DNA of 32,871 nt from a virus (Duplodnaviria; Caudoviricetes), in IMG/VR virus record IMGVR_UViG_3300033076_000833, positions 1-32,871 of that record. One strand, given 5' to 3'. Under the pieces are notes generated by a model. That model ran no database searches. It was given only the letters and a program-made list of their open reading frames with translations, and was not told the DNA's origin. The position numbers were made by a program, and so were the translations under genes. Shown piece by piece: positions 6,255 through 14,494 of the stretch. Position 1 is the stretch's first letter, and every line of letters starts with the position of its first letter.

Positions 6255-6877
6255 CAATTATTCAACTGTTTACGATTCTTGTGCGTCTTGCGTTGCTTGA
6301 AACGCCAACGCTTCACGACGGACAAGCAAAACATCAGCAATACCTTGATGGTATGCGCGAAATGTCGCGCATCTATCTTGAGGTTGGCGCGCCTGGAGAC
6401 ATTGTGTCGCGCGATGCTGACCCGTTGCTGCTGGCTGCAATGGGTTATGAGGAAAGCCGCCACCGACCGAACGTCGAGGATGGTGACTGCCACTTTGTCG
6501 ATCCTCGACCAAAGCAAGCATGCAACGCCTTCGGACCTCTCCAGCTCAACAAGGCCACACCCGCAATCCTCGGTCGCATTGACCAGAAATGGTCTGGTTA
6601 TACCGTCGAGGCTTTGCGTAACCCGCAAACGAACGTTGAGGCGGCGTACCGACTGCTGCGCCACTACAAAGAAACCTGCCAAGGTGGTCCAGCGTCGTGG
6701 CTTGGCGCCTGGTCGGCTGGTCGTTGCACCAAGAAACCAATCCGACTTGGCTTGCGTCGATGCTACCTCGCGTCAGCGATGGCGCAAGCCGCTGGCATGG
6801 CCCAGATTGATTGCGGAGCATGGTCACCGGATAAGCATAGTGCTGCTCGTTTGCGCGCGTTAACCGCGCACGAGTGA
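6251..6877 (+). CDS. SLT-like lytic transglycosylase with N-terminal hydrophobic segment
   Basis: LLAAMGYEES (catalytic Glu), AFGPLQL, LRNPQTNVEAAYRLL; lysozyme-like SLT motifs. Confidence 0.75.
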   Translation: MTIIQLFTILVRLALLETPTLHDGQAKHQQYLDGMREMSRIYLEVGAPGDIVSRDADPLLLAAMGYEESRHRPNVEDGDCHFVDPRPKQACNAFGPLQLNKATPAILGRIDQKWSGYTVEALRNPQTNVEAAYRLLRHYKETCQGGPASWLGAWSAGRCTKKPIRLGLRRCYLASAMAQAAGMAQIDCGAWSPDKHSAARLRALTAHE

Positions 6878-7990
6878 CAGATACAACTCCCACGGCCAGC
6901 GCACGTCGTTTCCGCACCCTGGATCGACGTGCGTTGACTTTTTCCATGCCTCGCTGACTGCTGCGTGGGTCGTAATTCCGCGCTTTCCAGCTAGCAGTCC
7001 AGTTGCATCAACATGCTCGACGGGAATGTTCCATCGCTGGCAAATGCCGCGCACCAGCTCCGCGCTACGTCGCAGGACGCCGAGGCCATCCTCTGGACCT
7101 TCACCATCGCGGTCCCATTGCGTCTTAAAAGCCTGGCCAACCTGCTCAATCTGGATGCCTTGGCGGTTTGCTCCAGGCGCAGCCCACGCGACGTGCTGTT
7201 CTTCGACGCAGCGAAAGATTGCGTCAGCGCCAACGACGTAATGCGCTGATGCTTGCGGAGCCGATGGCCCTGCGAACCATTGCGCTACCGACCTAGCTAC
7301 GCCGCGACGGATTGGATTTTCGGTCGAATGCAGCACCACGAGGTCAACCGACGTACGATTCGCGACGGTATAATTGCGCGCCTGGATATGGGTCCATGGC
7401 TCAACCTTCGGCGGGTCAACCTTGTCGCCTGGCTGCGCTGGGCGCCAAACGTGGAACGTTGTCGCGTAATCCGTATGCTGGCTGCCAGCGTGCGCGTTCG
7501 ACGGGTTTTGGATCTTGCTTCCGTCTGCCTTCCACCATCCGTAGATGGCGCCGCCGTTTGCCCAGTGCTTGCCAGCGTTGCTGACAGGTTCGCCAGCCCA
7601 ACCGCGCTGCTTTAGGCGCGCCCAGACCTCGGCGTCATGCTGCTCGCACCAGAGCTGCGAACGCATGTTCGCGTTGCGGTACGCATCGACCGACGCTTGC
7701 ACGTTTGCGGGCACGCCAGCGTCCGCGAGCTGCTGCATGCTCGGCATGGTGCATGGAGCGATGAACAGCGACGCCAAATGTAGTGCGTCATATTCCGCAA
7801 TCGACGGCAGTCGCCAGCCTTTTGACTTTGCCCAGGCATCAGCCGCTACCGGCGACAAGCGCGCGAACAACTGGCCGTCTTTATCGACAATAGGCAAACG
7901 CGAAACGGCACCACCGGACGGGATGGCTAGCCAGCCTGCCGAGTGCAGGTCACAAGCTCCAGCGCGCGAAACGTAGGCAGTGGCAGTCAT
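6860..7990 (-). CDS. Endolysin: uncharacterised N-terminal domain plus N-acetylmuramoyl-L-alanine amidase (Amidase_2)
   Basis: C-term VVLHSTE...ASAHYVV...VAWAAPGANRQGIQIEQVG...ITTH...HVDPG zinc amidase motifs; end of late operon. Confidence 0.85.
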   Translation of the reverse strand: MTATAYVSRAGACDLHSAGWLAIPSGGAVSRLPIVDKDGQLFARLSPVAADAWAKSKGWRLPSIAEYDALHLASLFIAPCTMPSMQQLADAGVPANVQASVDAYRNANMRSQLWCEQHDAEVWARLKQRGWAGEPVSNAGKHWANGGAIYGWWKADGSKIQNPSNAHAGSQHTDYATTFHVWRPAQPGDKVDPPKVEPWTHIQARNYTVANRTSVDLVVLHSTENPIRRGVARSVAQWFAGPSAPQASAHYVVGADAIFRCVEEQHVAWAAPGANRQGIQIEQVGQAFKTQWDRDGEGPEDGLGVLRRSAELVRGICQRWNIPVEHVDATGLLAGKRGITTHAAVSEAWKKSTHVDPGCGNDVRWPWELYLSLVRG

Positions 7991-8406
7991 TCTAAAGCCT
8001 TTCCAACCTCGGCAGCCGATGGCAGCTCAACCGGCTTGGGCAACGGCGCATCAGTTTCGGCGCCGCCACCAGCTCGAGCTGATAGCACGCCAAGCGCATC
8101 CAATGCCGCGACGAGCTCCGCGTATGCCTGCACGGCCTCAGCTTTGGCTTTTAACGCGCTTTCGTGGTCATCCGCAGCGATGGCGCCTGACAGCCTAGAA
8201 ACAGCCATTCTAGCCCGATAGAGCGCAGCCTCGGCTTGGCGTTGTCCATCCAGGCTTGGATTCCGATCAAAGTAGGCGCTCGCGCCAGCTCCAGCGGCGT
8301 CAAGGATGTCACCAATCCAGGCAGCACCTCTGGCAAGCTGCGCCATTTGCCCGATAAACGGACAGCCGGTTAGTAGCAGGGCCAAGAGCAGCGCGAGCAG
8401 TTTCAT
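7987..8406 (-). CDS. Lipoprotein in lysis cassette (possible spanin component)
   Basis: MKLLALLLALLLTGC lipobox; ATGA-coupled between holin and endolysin. Confidence 0.65.
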   Translation of the reverse strand: MKLLALLLALLLTGCPFIGQMAQLARGAAWIGDILDAAGAGASAYFDRNPSLDGQRQAEAALYRARMAVSRLSGAIAADDHESALKAKAEAVQAYAELVAALDALGVLSARAGGGAETDAPLPKPVELPSAAEVGKALE

Positions 8407-8681
8407 TTGGGCACGCGAAACCCGGCAGCGACGAGGCCCGCGCTCAGTCCGGCAGACAACGCCAGTTGCCACGGCTCGCCTGCGAGCAGCGCAAGGCCAG
8501 TCGCGCCCAACGAAGGAATCGCCACCGGCTTGAGTTGCTGGAGCGCATGCGCGACCTGCTCACGAAACGAAATGCCATCGCGAATGAGTGAAACCAGCCA
8601 CGCGACGAGCACAAGTCCTGCTCCAAGGCTCGGACCAAGCAGCGCCGAGGTCAGACCGCTGGCAACCTGTTCCGGCGTCAT
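8403..8681 (-). CDS. Putative holin
   Basis: 92 aa with about 3 hydrophobic segments and basic C-terminus, upstream of the lysin. Confidence 0.6.
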   Translation of the reverse strand: MTPEQVASGLTSALLGPSLGAGLVLVAWLVSLIRDGISFREQVAHALQQLKPVAIPSLGATGLALLAGEPWQLALSAGLSAGLVAAGFRVPK

Positions 8682-8944
8682 TCGACTGTCCCAGGTCCAA
8701 CGACAAGCTCAAGCAGCGCGTACATTGCCTGCTTCATCGCCTCGTATGTTTTACCGCTTGGATCAACCTGGGCAACGTCGTCAGGACCAAACGTCGAAAC
8801 CTTGTAGTCCGCTGCGCTTCCATCATCGTTGATGCGGCAATACTGGATTTCGACCGCAATCGTCGGCGCAAGTCGCACCGAAAACGAGTTGATCTTAACG
8901 CTGCCAACGGTGATGACTTCTGGCGTATCAAGAATGAGCGGCAT
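8678..8944 (-). CDS. Hypothetical (tail-fibre-associated) protein
   Basis: 88 aa, coupled in the late operon. Confidence 0.6.
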   Translation of the reverse strand: MPLILDTPEVITVGSVKINSFSVRLAPTIAVEIQYCRINDDGSAADYKVSTFGPDDVAQVDPSGKTYEAMKQAMYALLELVVGPGTVE

Positions 8945-8952
8945 TGTAATCC

Positions 8953-9306
8953 TCAGTGCTTCAACAGAGTGACGATAGAAGTAATGGCGCTAACAGCGAG
9001 CGCGCCTACGATGGCAAGCGCAAGGCCACGCCATGCCGCAAACGACTCGTCGCGCTTAAGCTCGCCTTTCGCGGCATGCTCCTCGACGCGTTTGATTCGC
9101 ACATCGTGCGCGGTTAGCTCGCTTGAATGCGTTTGGAGCAGCGACAGCGTTTCCATATGGCGCTTGTCCTGCGCTTTTTCCTGGTCGTGCATCAGCTCGC
9201 GCAAGCGACCTTCAAGCTCAGAAATAGCTAGGTTTGAGCGATGCTCATGGGCGGAAAACTTCTCGTCGAGAAGCGCCTTAAGGTCTGGCGAGACACGCGA
9301 AGCCAT
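8953..9306 (-). CDS. Coiled-coil protein with C-terminal TM helix (lysis-associated)
   Basis: ATG 9306 with AGGA RBS; heptad-like region then GLALAIVGALAVSAITSIVTLL. Confidence 0.6.
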   Translation of the reverse strand: MASRVSPDLKALLDEKFSAHEHRSNLAISELEGRLRELMHDQEKAQDKRHMETLSLLQTHSSELTAHDVRIKRVEEHAAKGELKRDESFAAWRGLALAIVGALAVSAITSIVTLLKH

Positions 9307-9319
9307 GGCTGTCCTAGTA

Positions 9320-9661
9320 TCACTTTGCGAACAAAAGCGCATCCATCAGCGACGCAAGCTCGGCCTGCGAAAGCTGCTGGCCACTCAGGCGCTTTTGCTT
9401 CGCGGCTTCGCTAGCGGCAACAAGCTCATCGGCTCGCTTCGCCTTGGCCTCACGTTCCGCAATAGCAACGGACCCGTCATGCGCGGAGACAACGTTTTCG
9501 AGCGCAGCCTGCTGCTTCTTGGACAAGTCTGCGTCGAACTTAAACGACAGCTCGTCATCGCCCCATAGGATGCAATACGGGCCAAGTTTGAGCGCGTCAA
9601 TCTGCGCGTGCAGCGTCTCTGCGTCAGCGTTAACCGGACGTGGCAACAGGATTGAATTCAT
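9320..9661 (-). CDS. Putative tail fibre assembly/chaperone-like protein
   Basis: 113 aa directly downstream of a fibre-like gene; positional call. Confidence 0.45.
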   Translation of the reverse strand: MNSILLPRPVNADAETLHAQIDALKLGPYCILWGDDELSFKFDADLSKKQQAALENVVSAHDGSVAIAEREAKAKRADELVAASEAAKQKRLSGQQLSQAELASLMDALLFAK

Positions 9662-10389
9662 ACGCCAACCTCAATAATCGTAATGCCGCTTTGACAGACG
9701 CCGCCGTAATATGTCGTCGGACCTGCGTAACCGTTAACGTACAGCGTTCCTGCCACGTTCATGCCTGCGCGCAGTTTAATTGTTGTTGCGACCGCAGCCG
9801 TAGACGGCAAAACGGCAGCAAGCGTGTGAGCAGTTGTCACGGTACTATTTACGCCAACGGCGCCAGCAGCAAACGCGCCAACCGATGAATCACGAAAAAG
9901 CGCGCTCGTCATCGTAGAAATGGCCGATGGCGTAATTGCGCCAAGCGTCGCGATGATAATCAGCGAGCTTGTTGACGATTGTGGCGTAATGGTCGCGCTT
10001 ATGAACTGCGTGCCTTCCGTGTTTTGCGGAATCGTATTATCCGCAGGAAGGATGGTAGTGCCAGTTGCAACGCTCTGAATAAAGCTCGTCACAATCTGAC
10101 GAACGCCAGTTGCGTATCCAGACGACGCGCCTGGAGCTGCTGCCCAAATCGGAGGCAAGCTAGCGCCCTGCGAGGTCAAGACGTAGTTAGCCGTTCCTGC
10201 GCTGCCGTTGATTTGTAGGCCAGACGATGGCGTCAGGTTGATGGTGCCAGCAGAGTTGATGGTCGCAGCATTCAGCGAGCCAATAACCGAAAGCCCGGTC
10301 GCGGTCGTTTGCGTAACCGCAGTTCCATCGACGTACTCAGTAATCGTCGAAGGACTGCCGGTTGCCGTTACTTCGTAGATTTCAGGCAT
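9658..10389 (-). CDS. Tail fibre / receptor-binding-like protein
   Basis: Thr/Gly/Ser-rich; INGSAGTANYVLTSQG...PIWAA shaft motif; C-term LPADNTIPQNTEG...ATITPQSSTSSLII...ITIIEV tip-type domain. Confidence 0.7.
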   Translation of the reverse strand: MPEIYEVTATGSPSTITEYVDGTAVTQTTATGLSVIGSLNAATINSAGTINLTPSSGLQINGSAGTANYVLTSQGASLPPIWAAAPGASSGYATGVRQIVTSFIQSVATGTTILPADNTIPQNTEGTQFISATITPQSSTSSLIIIATLGAITPSAISTMTSALFRDSSVGAFAAGAVGVNSTVTTAHTLAAVLPSTAAVATTIKLRAGMNVAGTLYVNGYAGPTTYYGGVCQSGITIIEVGV

Positions 10390-10391
10390 GG

Positions 10392-11057
10392 TCAGGTGTT
10401 CCCAATGACAGACTGATAACGCACCGTTGAGGCGACGTTGATGGTAAGCGCGCCAGCGGTATTCTGGAACGTCACGAGCGCGTTGTTGCCGCTGACGCTG
10501 ATGCTTGCGTCCCAGCTAACAGCAATGCCAGCAGACTCGACCGTAGCAGGTCCAAGAACACCAGTCAGAATTGTGGCGCCACCGCCGCCCTGGCGATAGA
10601 TGCACGCCTGACGAACATATGCAGCTCGACTTGCGCTACCCGTGTCGCGCGCGATGATGCTCGCATCAATCCACACGCACGAGTTGTCAGGAATCGCAAT
10701 CGTCGCGATAGTGTTGGCAAGAGCGTTCGTTACCTGTGCCGCTCCGGTCTGCACAAACGCTTGCGAACCAGTGAAAGCATCATGCGTTTTTGTGGCAACG
10801 GTTTGAGACGTTACCGTATTGATGCGCGCAGCCTCGGAACCAATGTTAGGCGTCTTATCGACTTGCGCCGTTAGGTTGCCAGCCAATTCAAGCACCGGAA
10901 CCATGCGCAGCGTCGTTGTGCTGCCACTCATGCCAACTTGATGAGTCGTGCCGCTCGCCTGGGTAATCAGTACGCCGTTGCCACTCGCATCCGTAATGAT
11001 GGCGCCAGTGTTCTGGCGAACGTAGAGCGTTCCGCTTTTCGTTTCATGCGTCGTCAT
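10392..11057 (-). CDS. Beta-rich structural / fibre-like protein
   Basis: Thr/Ala/Gly/Val-rich composition; between ejection and fibre genes. Confidence 0.55.
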   Translation of the reverse strand: MTTHETKSGTLYVRQNTGAIITDASGNGVLITQASGTTHQVGMSGSTTTLRMVPVLELAGNLTAQVDKTPNIGSEAARINTVTSQTVATKTHDAFTGSQAFVQTGAAQVTNALANTIATIAIPDNSCVWIDASIIARDTGSASRAAYVRQACIYRQGGGGATILTGVLGPATVESAGIAVSWDASISVSGNNALVTFQNTAGALTINVASTVRYQSVIGNT

Positions 11058-11066
11058 GGCTTAACC

Positions 11067-11444
11067 TCAGGGAAGCGTCGTCGTGCAAAGGTAAATGGTC
11101 GCGCTGCCAGCCGTCGCGGTATTGAGCAGACCGCCAACCGACGTGCCAGTTACTAGCACCGTCGTCGGAGCTGCGAAGTTATCGCAAAACAGCGATCCGC
11201 TGAGCTGTCCGATTGTGTTTCCTGGCGCCTGAAACACGTTGAACGCGCTCGCGTACTTATCGGTTGTTCCAATCACGCCAACGCTTAGCGTGTAGTTCGT
11301 AATCGTTCCGCCAGTGAACGACGCCGAGTGCTTAATCACGACAGCGTGAAGCACCGTTTTGGCTGGCAACGACGCAAGCGTAATCGAGTTTGACGTACCC
11401 GCCGCAGCAAGGTCCGAATATGCAACCGTGTAACTAGTCCACAT
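11067..11444 (-). CDS. Small beta-rich structural protein
   Basis: Preferred start ATG 11444 (AAGGGA RBS; ORF track gives 11507); jelly-roll-like composition. Confidence 0.55.
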   Translation of the reverse strand: MWTSYTVAYSDLAAAGTSNSITLASLPAKTVLHAVVIKHSASFTGGTITNYTLSVGVIGTTDKYASAFNVFQAPGNTIGQLSGSLFCDNFAAPTTVLVTGTSVGGLLNTATAGSATIYLCTTTLP

Positions 11445-11528
11445 AAAGTCATCCCTTGCGAGTAGCAGCGCGTGAGGCGAAACGGCGTCGATAGAAATAC
11501 TGATCATGGTCCGTCGCCTGGCTTTGCA

Positions 11529-11813
11529 TCACCAGTCGATGCGGATATTCGTTGCGGTCGTTCCAGCGGCAATAACCTTGCGCGCTTGCAGCTCAAGCGT
11601 TTGTCCACCGTAAACGGCGCAAGTGACGTTGGTACCGTCGCCACGCTGAAGGACGATGTTGGCCGCAACGCCGATAGCGCCGTTTTGCACCTGGATACGA
11701 CGGCAGAGGCGCTTCTGACCTTTCGGGTCGAGCGACTGCAAGTCGAGGTCCGCAGCGACAGCCGCGTAAGCAATGAAGTCAGGCGATGAATAAAGGTAGG
11801 TCGTTGCGCTCAT
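11529..11813 (-). CDS. Hypothetical structural protein
   Basis: 94 aa; ATGA-coupled to upstream gene. Confidence 0.6.
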   Translation of the reverse strand: MSATTYLYSSPDFIAYAAVAADLDLQSLDPKGQKRLCRRIQVQNGAIGVAANIVLQRGDGTNVTCAVYGGQTLELQARKVIAAGTTATNIRIDW

Positions 11814-14494
11814 GTTTGCCGATCCGATGTTAACTCAGTTTTTTCTGAACCGCTCCGATAAGCGCCAGCGATGTTTGGCGCTTTTTGTCCTCGTCGCTGT
11901 ACCGGAACTCCAGCAGCTCCTTCGCGAACCGCATCAGGCTGCGCAGCATACTGGCCTTGTACAGCTTGCATCACCTCTGGCGTCATGGTCGGGTCAGTCG
12001 GCATGCCAAGCAGCAATCCGAGTTGCACGCGTTGCAGGTACTTTGGTGCCTTTTTACGGCCTTGTAGCTTGATAAGACGATCAAGCATCTGCGATTGAAT
12101 GTCCGCAAACGTCTCAGGATATACCGTCCTAACCGCATCGACCGACTCAGGTGTCAGCTTTCCTTCGGCAAGGTCGTCAAGAATGCTTGCTGGATTTTCA
12201 ATGGCACGCAGACGGTTAAGCCATCCGTGTACCTGCTGCCGCGTCGGCGGCAATGGGGCAGCAAACGGCGTAGGTGGCGCAATAGACGATGGCAGGTGCT
12301 TGCTCAGGTAGTCAATCTGACGCAGCCCAGTAGCAACGGCTGCTTGTCTAGCGCGCGGAGCTTGGTCAGCCATCCAGCTCGTTTGCTCCTCAAGTCGCTG
12401 ACGTACAACTGGAGCCTGCATCGAAAGCTCCTTTACGCGCTTCGATCGCTCGTTAAAACGAACGACAGCAGCTCCAGCAACTGGAGCGCGCTCCGCAATA
12501 GCAACAGCGCCATCGCTGACCGCACGAGCTGCGCGACCGACCGCAGCGCCAATGCGACCAGTTTGACCGTTAGCGATGTTCTCTACCATCTGCGCACCAC
12601 GCAGCATGATGCGAGGCTTCATTAGCGGCGCAAACAGCGCACCAAGCGCAACATTGCCAGTCGCTAGCGATGAACCAAGAACCGCCCCAACAAACGAGTC
12701 GGAGCTTCCTGAAATCTCGTCGATGAGATTCTTCGCAAGAGCAGCTTGTACGCCGCGATCTTGATGTCTGAGAATGCGATTATTGAGTACAGCTTGCTCC
12801 TCAAAAGCAGCCCTCAATTGCCCCATGTTTTCAAAGTTTCCAAGACGCAGGGCGGCATCTTGCCACTGAATCTCATTGGCGATCTGCTCGCGCAAAGCTC
12901 GGTCAGCAAAATCAGTTCCTGGTCGTGCTGCGTTGCGAATGTTATCAGCAATCTTTGTATTGCTCGCAACCCTAGCTCGTCGCCATGGATTCGTCGGATC
13001 AGCGCCAAATGGGGTGCGTTCATACCAGTTTGCAAGCAATGCCTCGTTGCTGCTGATGGCGCGCGTCATTGGCGCATTCATCTCGCTCTGCAACTCGGCA
13101 GCTCTGCCCCATAAAGAGCGGTTTTCAAGACCTGTACGAAACCGTTCATACATCGGCTCCAACAGGTCACGCATTGTGTTGATATCAGCTCCAGTTGGCG
13201 TCGCGATACGCTCAAATCTGGAGGTAGCGCGACCAATTGCGCGCTTCGCCATAACATCAAGTGCACCGTAGAGGTCCTCTGCTCCTGCCGTGCCACCTTT
13301 TGCCATGGCAGCATCGGCAGTCTCGACAGCACTGGTTAACTCATGCCGCAACTGAGCCAATCCGGTAGGAGCAAACTCATGCCGACCAGCAGCAAGGGCA
13401 CGATCGATTTCATCGATCGACTGCAACAACTCGGTTGTCGCAAAATCGCGCTGTGCAATCAGAGCATCGGCGTCGTCAAGCACATTGCCGCGTACAAGCT
13501 CAATCTTGAGGTTTCCATCTCGAATTGCTTGGGATGTGACTTGTTGACCTAGAAACTTTCGATCCAGGTCGTCTTGCATTGAGCCAGCTTGTGCAACCCG
13601 TCTCTCTAATGGTCCTGCTTGCTGGCCTGCGATTACGTCAGCGATTACGTTGTCAGCATCAAGCGCGATATTACGCCATTCAGGAGTTGCGAGCAGCGCA
13701 GCTTGCTCAGCATCTCCAGCACCAAGACCAGCGATGCGCGCCCTGGTTCGCAACAACTGCTCTTGAATGCGACGGCCAAGCGTTGTTCCTTCAAGTTGCT
13801 GCGGAATCGCAGCATACGCACGATTGACAGCGCCTCCAAGAGCGCCAAGACCAGCACCGATACCAGCACCAGCAAGACCTGAAGTAAGACCGGCAGCCGC
13901 AATCTGGCCAATCTTCTCGCCGCTCAGCTCGTTATCAATGGCGAGACGCGCCGTTTCCTGACCAATGCCCTGTAATGCGCTTTCAACGCCAGCTTGCGTT
14001 GCCCACCTGGCAGCCGTTGCGCCAATGCCTTGAGCTGCACCAGCGGCCTCGGCAAGACCAAGACGTGCAACAGCTTCCTCGCCAGCTCGAGCCGCCAAAG
14101 CAGCAGGAGTAGCAGCCGCAGCGCGACCAAGAATACCTGCGCCAGCTTCTGGAGCAACGGCGCCACCAGTAAGCAGCACCGGAGCAACCGCACCGGCAAG
14201 CGTGCCTACCGTGCGCGTCGTCGGGTAAAGCTGGTCGTATGCCTTGAGTGCCTCACCTGCACCAAGCTCAGCGAGCGCGACATCTGATAGGCCAAGCGTA
14301 GCACCGCTTGCAAGGCCAGTTACAGCGGCTCCAACCTGATGAGGAATCGTTCCGTATTCTGATTTGACTTCCTCAAGAGCAATGTCATCTGGCGTTGCTT
14401 CAACGTATCCCTGCGACTTGAAATGGCCAAGATCTACGTCATCAACATAAACAAGGTCATTGGTTACAGGCTGATATACGCCTACGCGTGCCAT
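11810..14494 (-). CDS. Large internal virion/ejection protein
   Basis: 894 aa, Ala-rich and helical, with Gly/Ala hydrophobic stretches (GLASGATLGLSD; AGLTSGLAGAGIGAGLGALGG); podovirus synteny after nozzle. Confidence 0.7.
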   Translation of the reverse strand: MARVGVYQPVTNDLVYVDDVDLGHFKSQGYVEATPDDIALEEVKSEYGTIPHQVGAAVTGLASGATLGLSDVALAELGAGEALKAYDQLYPTTRTVGTLAGAVAPVLLTGGAVAPEAGAGILGRAAAATPAALAARAGEEAVARLGLAEAAGAAQGIGATAARWATQAGVESALQGIGQETARLAIDNELSGEKIGQIAAAGLTSGLAGAGIGAGLGALGGAVNRAYAAIPQQLEGTTLGRRIQEQLLRTRARIAGLGAGDAEQAALLATPEWRNIALDADNVIADVIAGQQAGPLERRVAQAGSMQDDLDRKFLGQQVTSQAIRDGNLKIELVRGNVLDDADALIAQRDFATTELLQSIDEIDRALAAGRHEFAPTGLAQLRHELTSAVETADAAMAKGGTAGAEDLYGALDVMAKRAIGRATSRFERIATPTGADINTMRDLLEPMYERFRTGLENRSLWGRAAELQSEMNAPMTRAISSNEALLANWYERTPFGADPTNPWRRARVASNTKIADNIRNAARPGTDFADRALREQIANEIQWQDAALRLGNFENMGQLRAAFEEQAVLNNRILRHQDRGVQAALAKNLIDEISGSSDSFVGAVLGSSLATGNVALGALFAPLMKPRIMLRGAQMVENIANGQTGRIGAAVGRAARAVSDGAVAIAERAPVAGAAVVRFNERSKRVKELSMQAPVVRQRLEEQTSWMADQAPRARQAAVATGLRQIDYLSKHLPSSIAPPTPFAAPLPPTRQQVHGWLNRLRAIENPASILDDLAEGKLTPESVDAVRTVYPETFADIQSQMLDRLIKLQGRKKAPKYLQRVQLGLLLGMPTDPTMTPEVMQAVQGQYAAQPDAVREGAAGVPVQRRGQKAPNIAGAYRSGSEKTELTSDRQT

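Noticed and set aside
8588-9568. 326-aa plus-strand ORF over lysis and fibre genes
   Set aside because: Ser/Arg-rich non-protein-like composition; overlaps four coupled minus-strand genes
11810-14494. Tape measure protein
   Set aside because: No tail tube, terminator or chaperone genes; synteny after adaptor and nozzle fits podoviral ejection proteins
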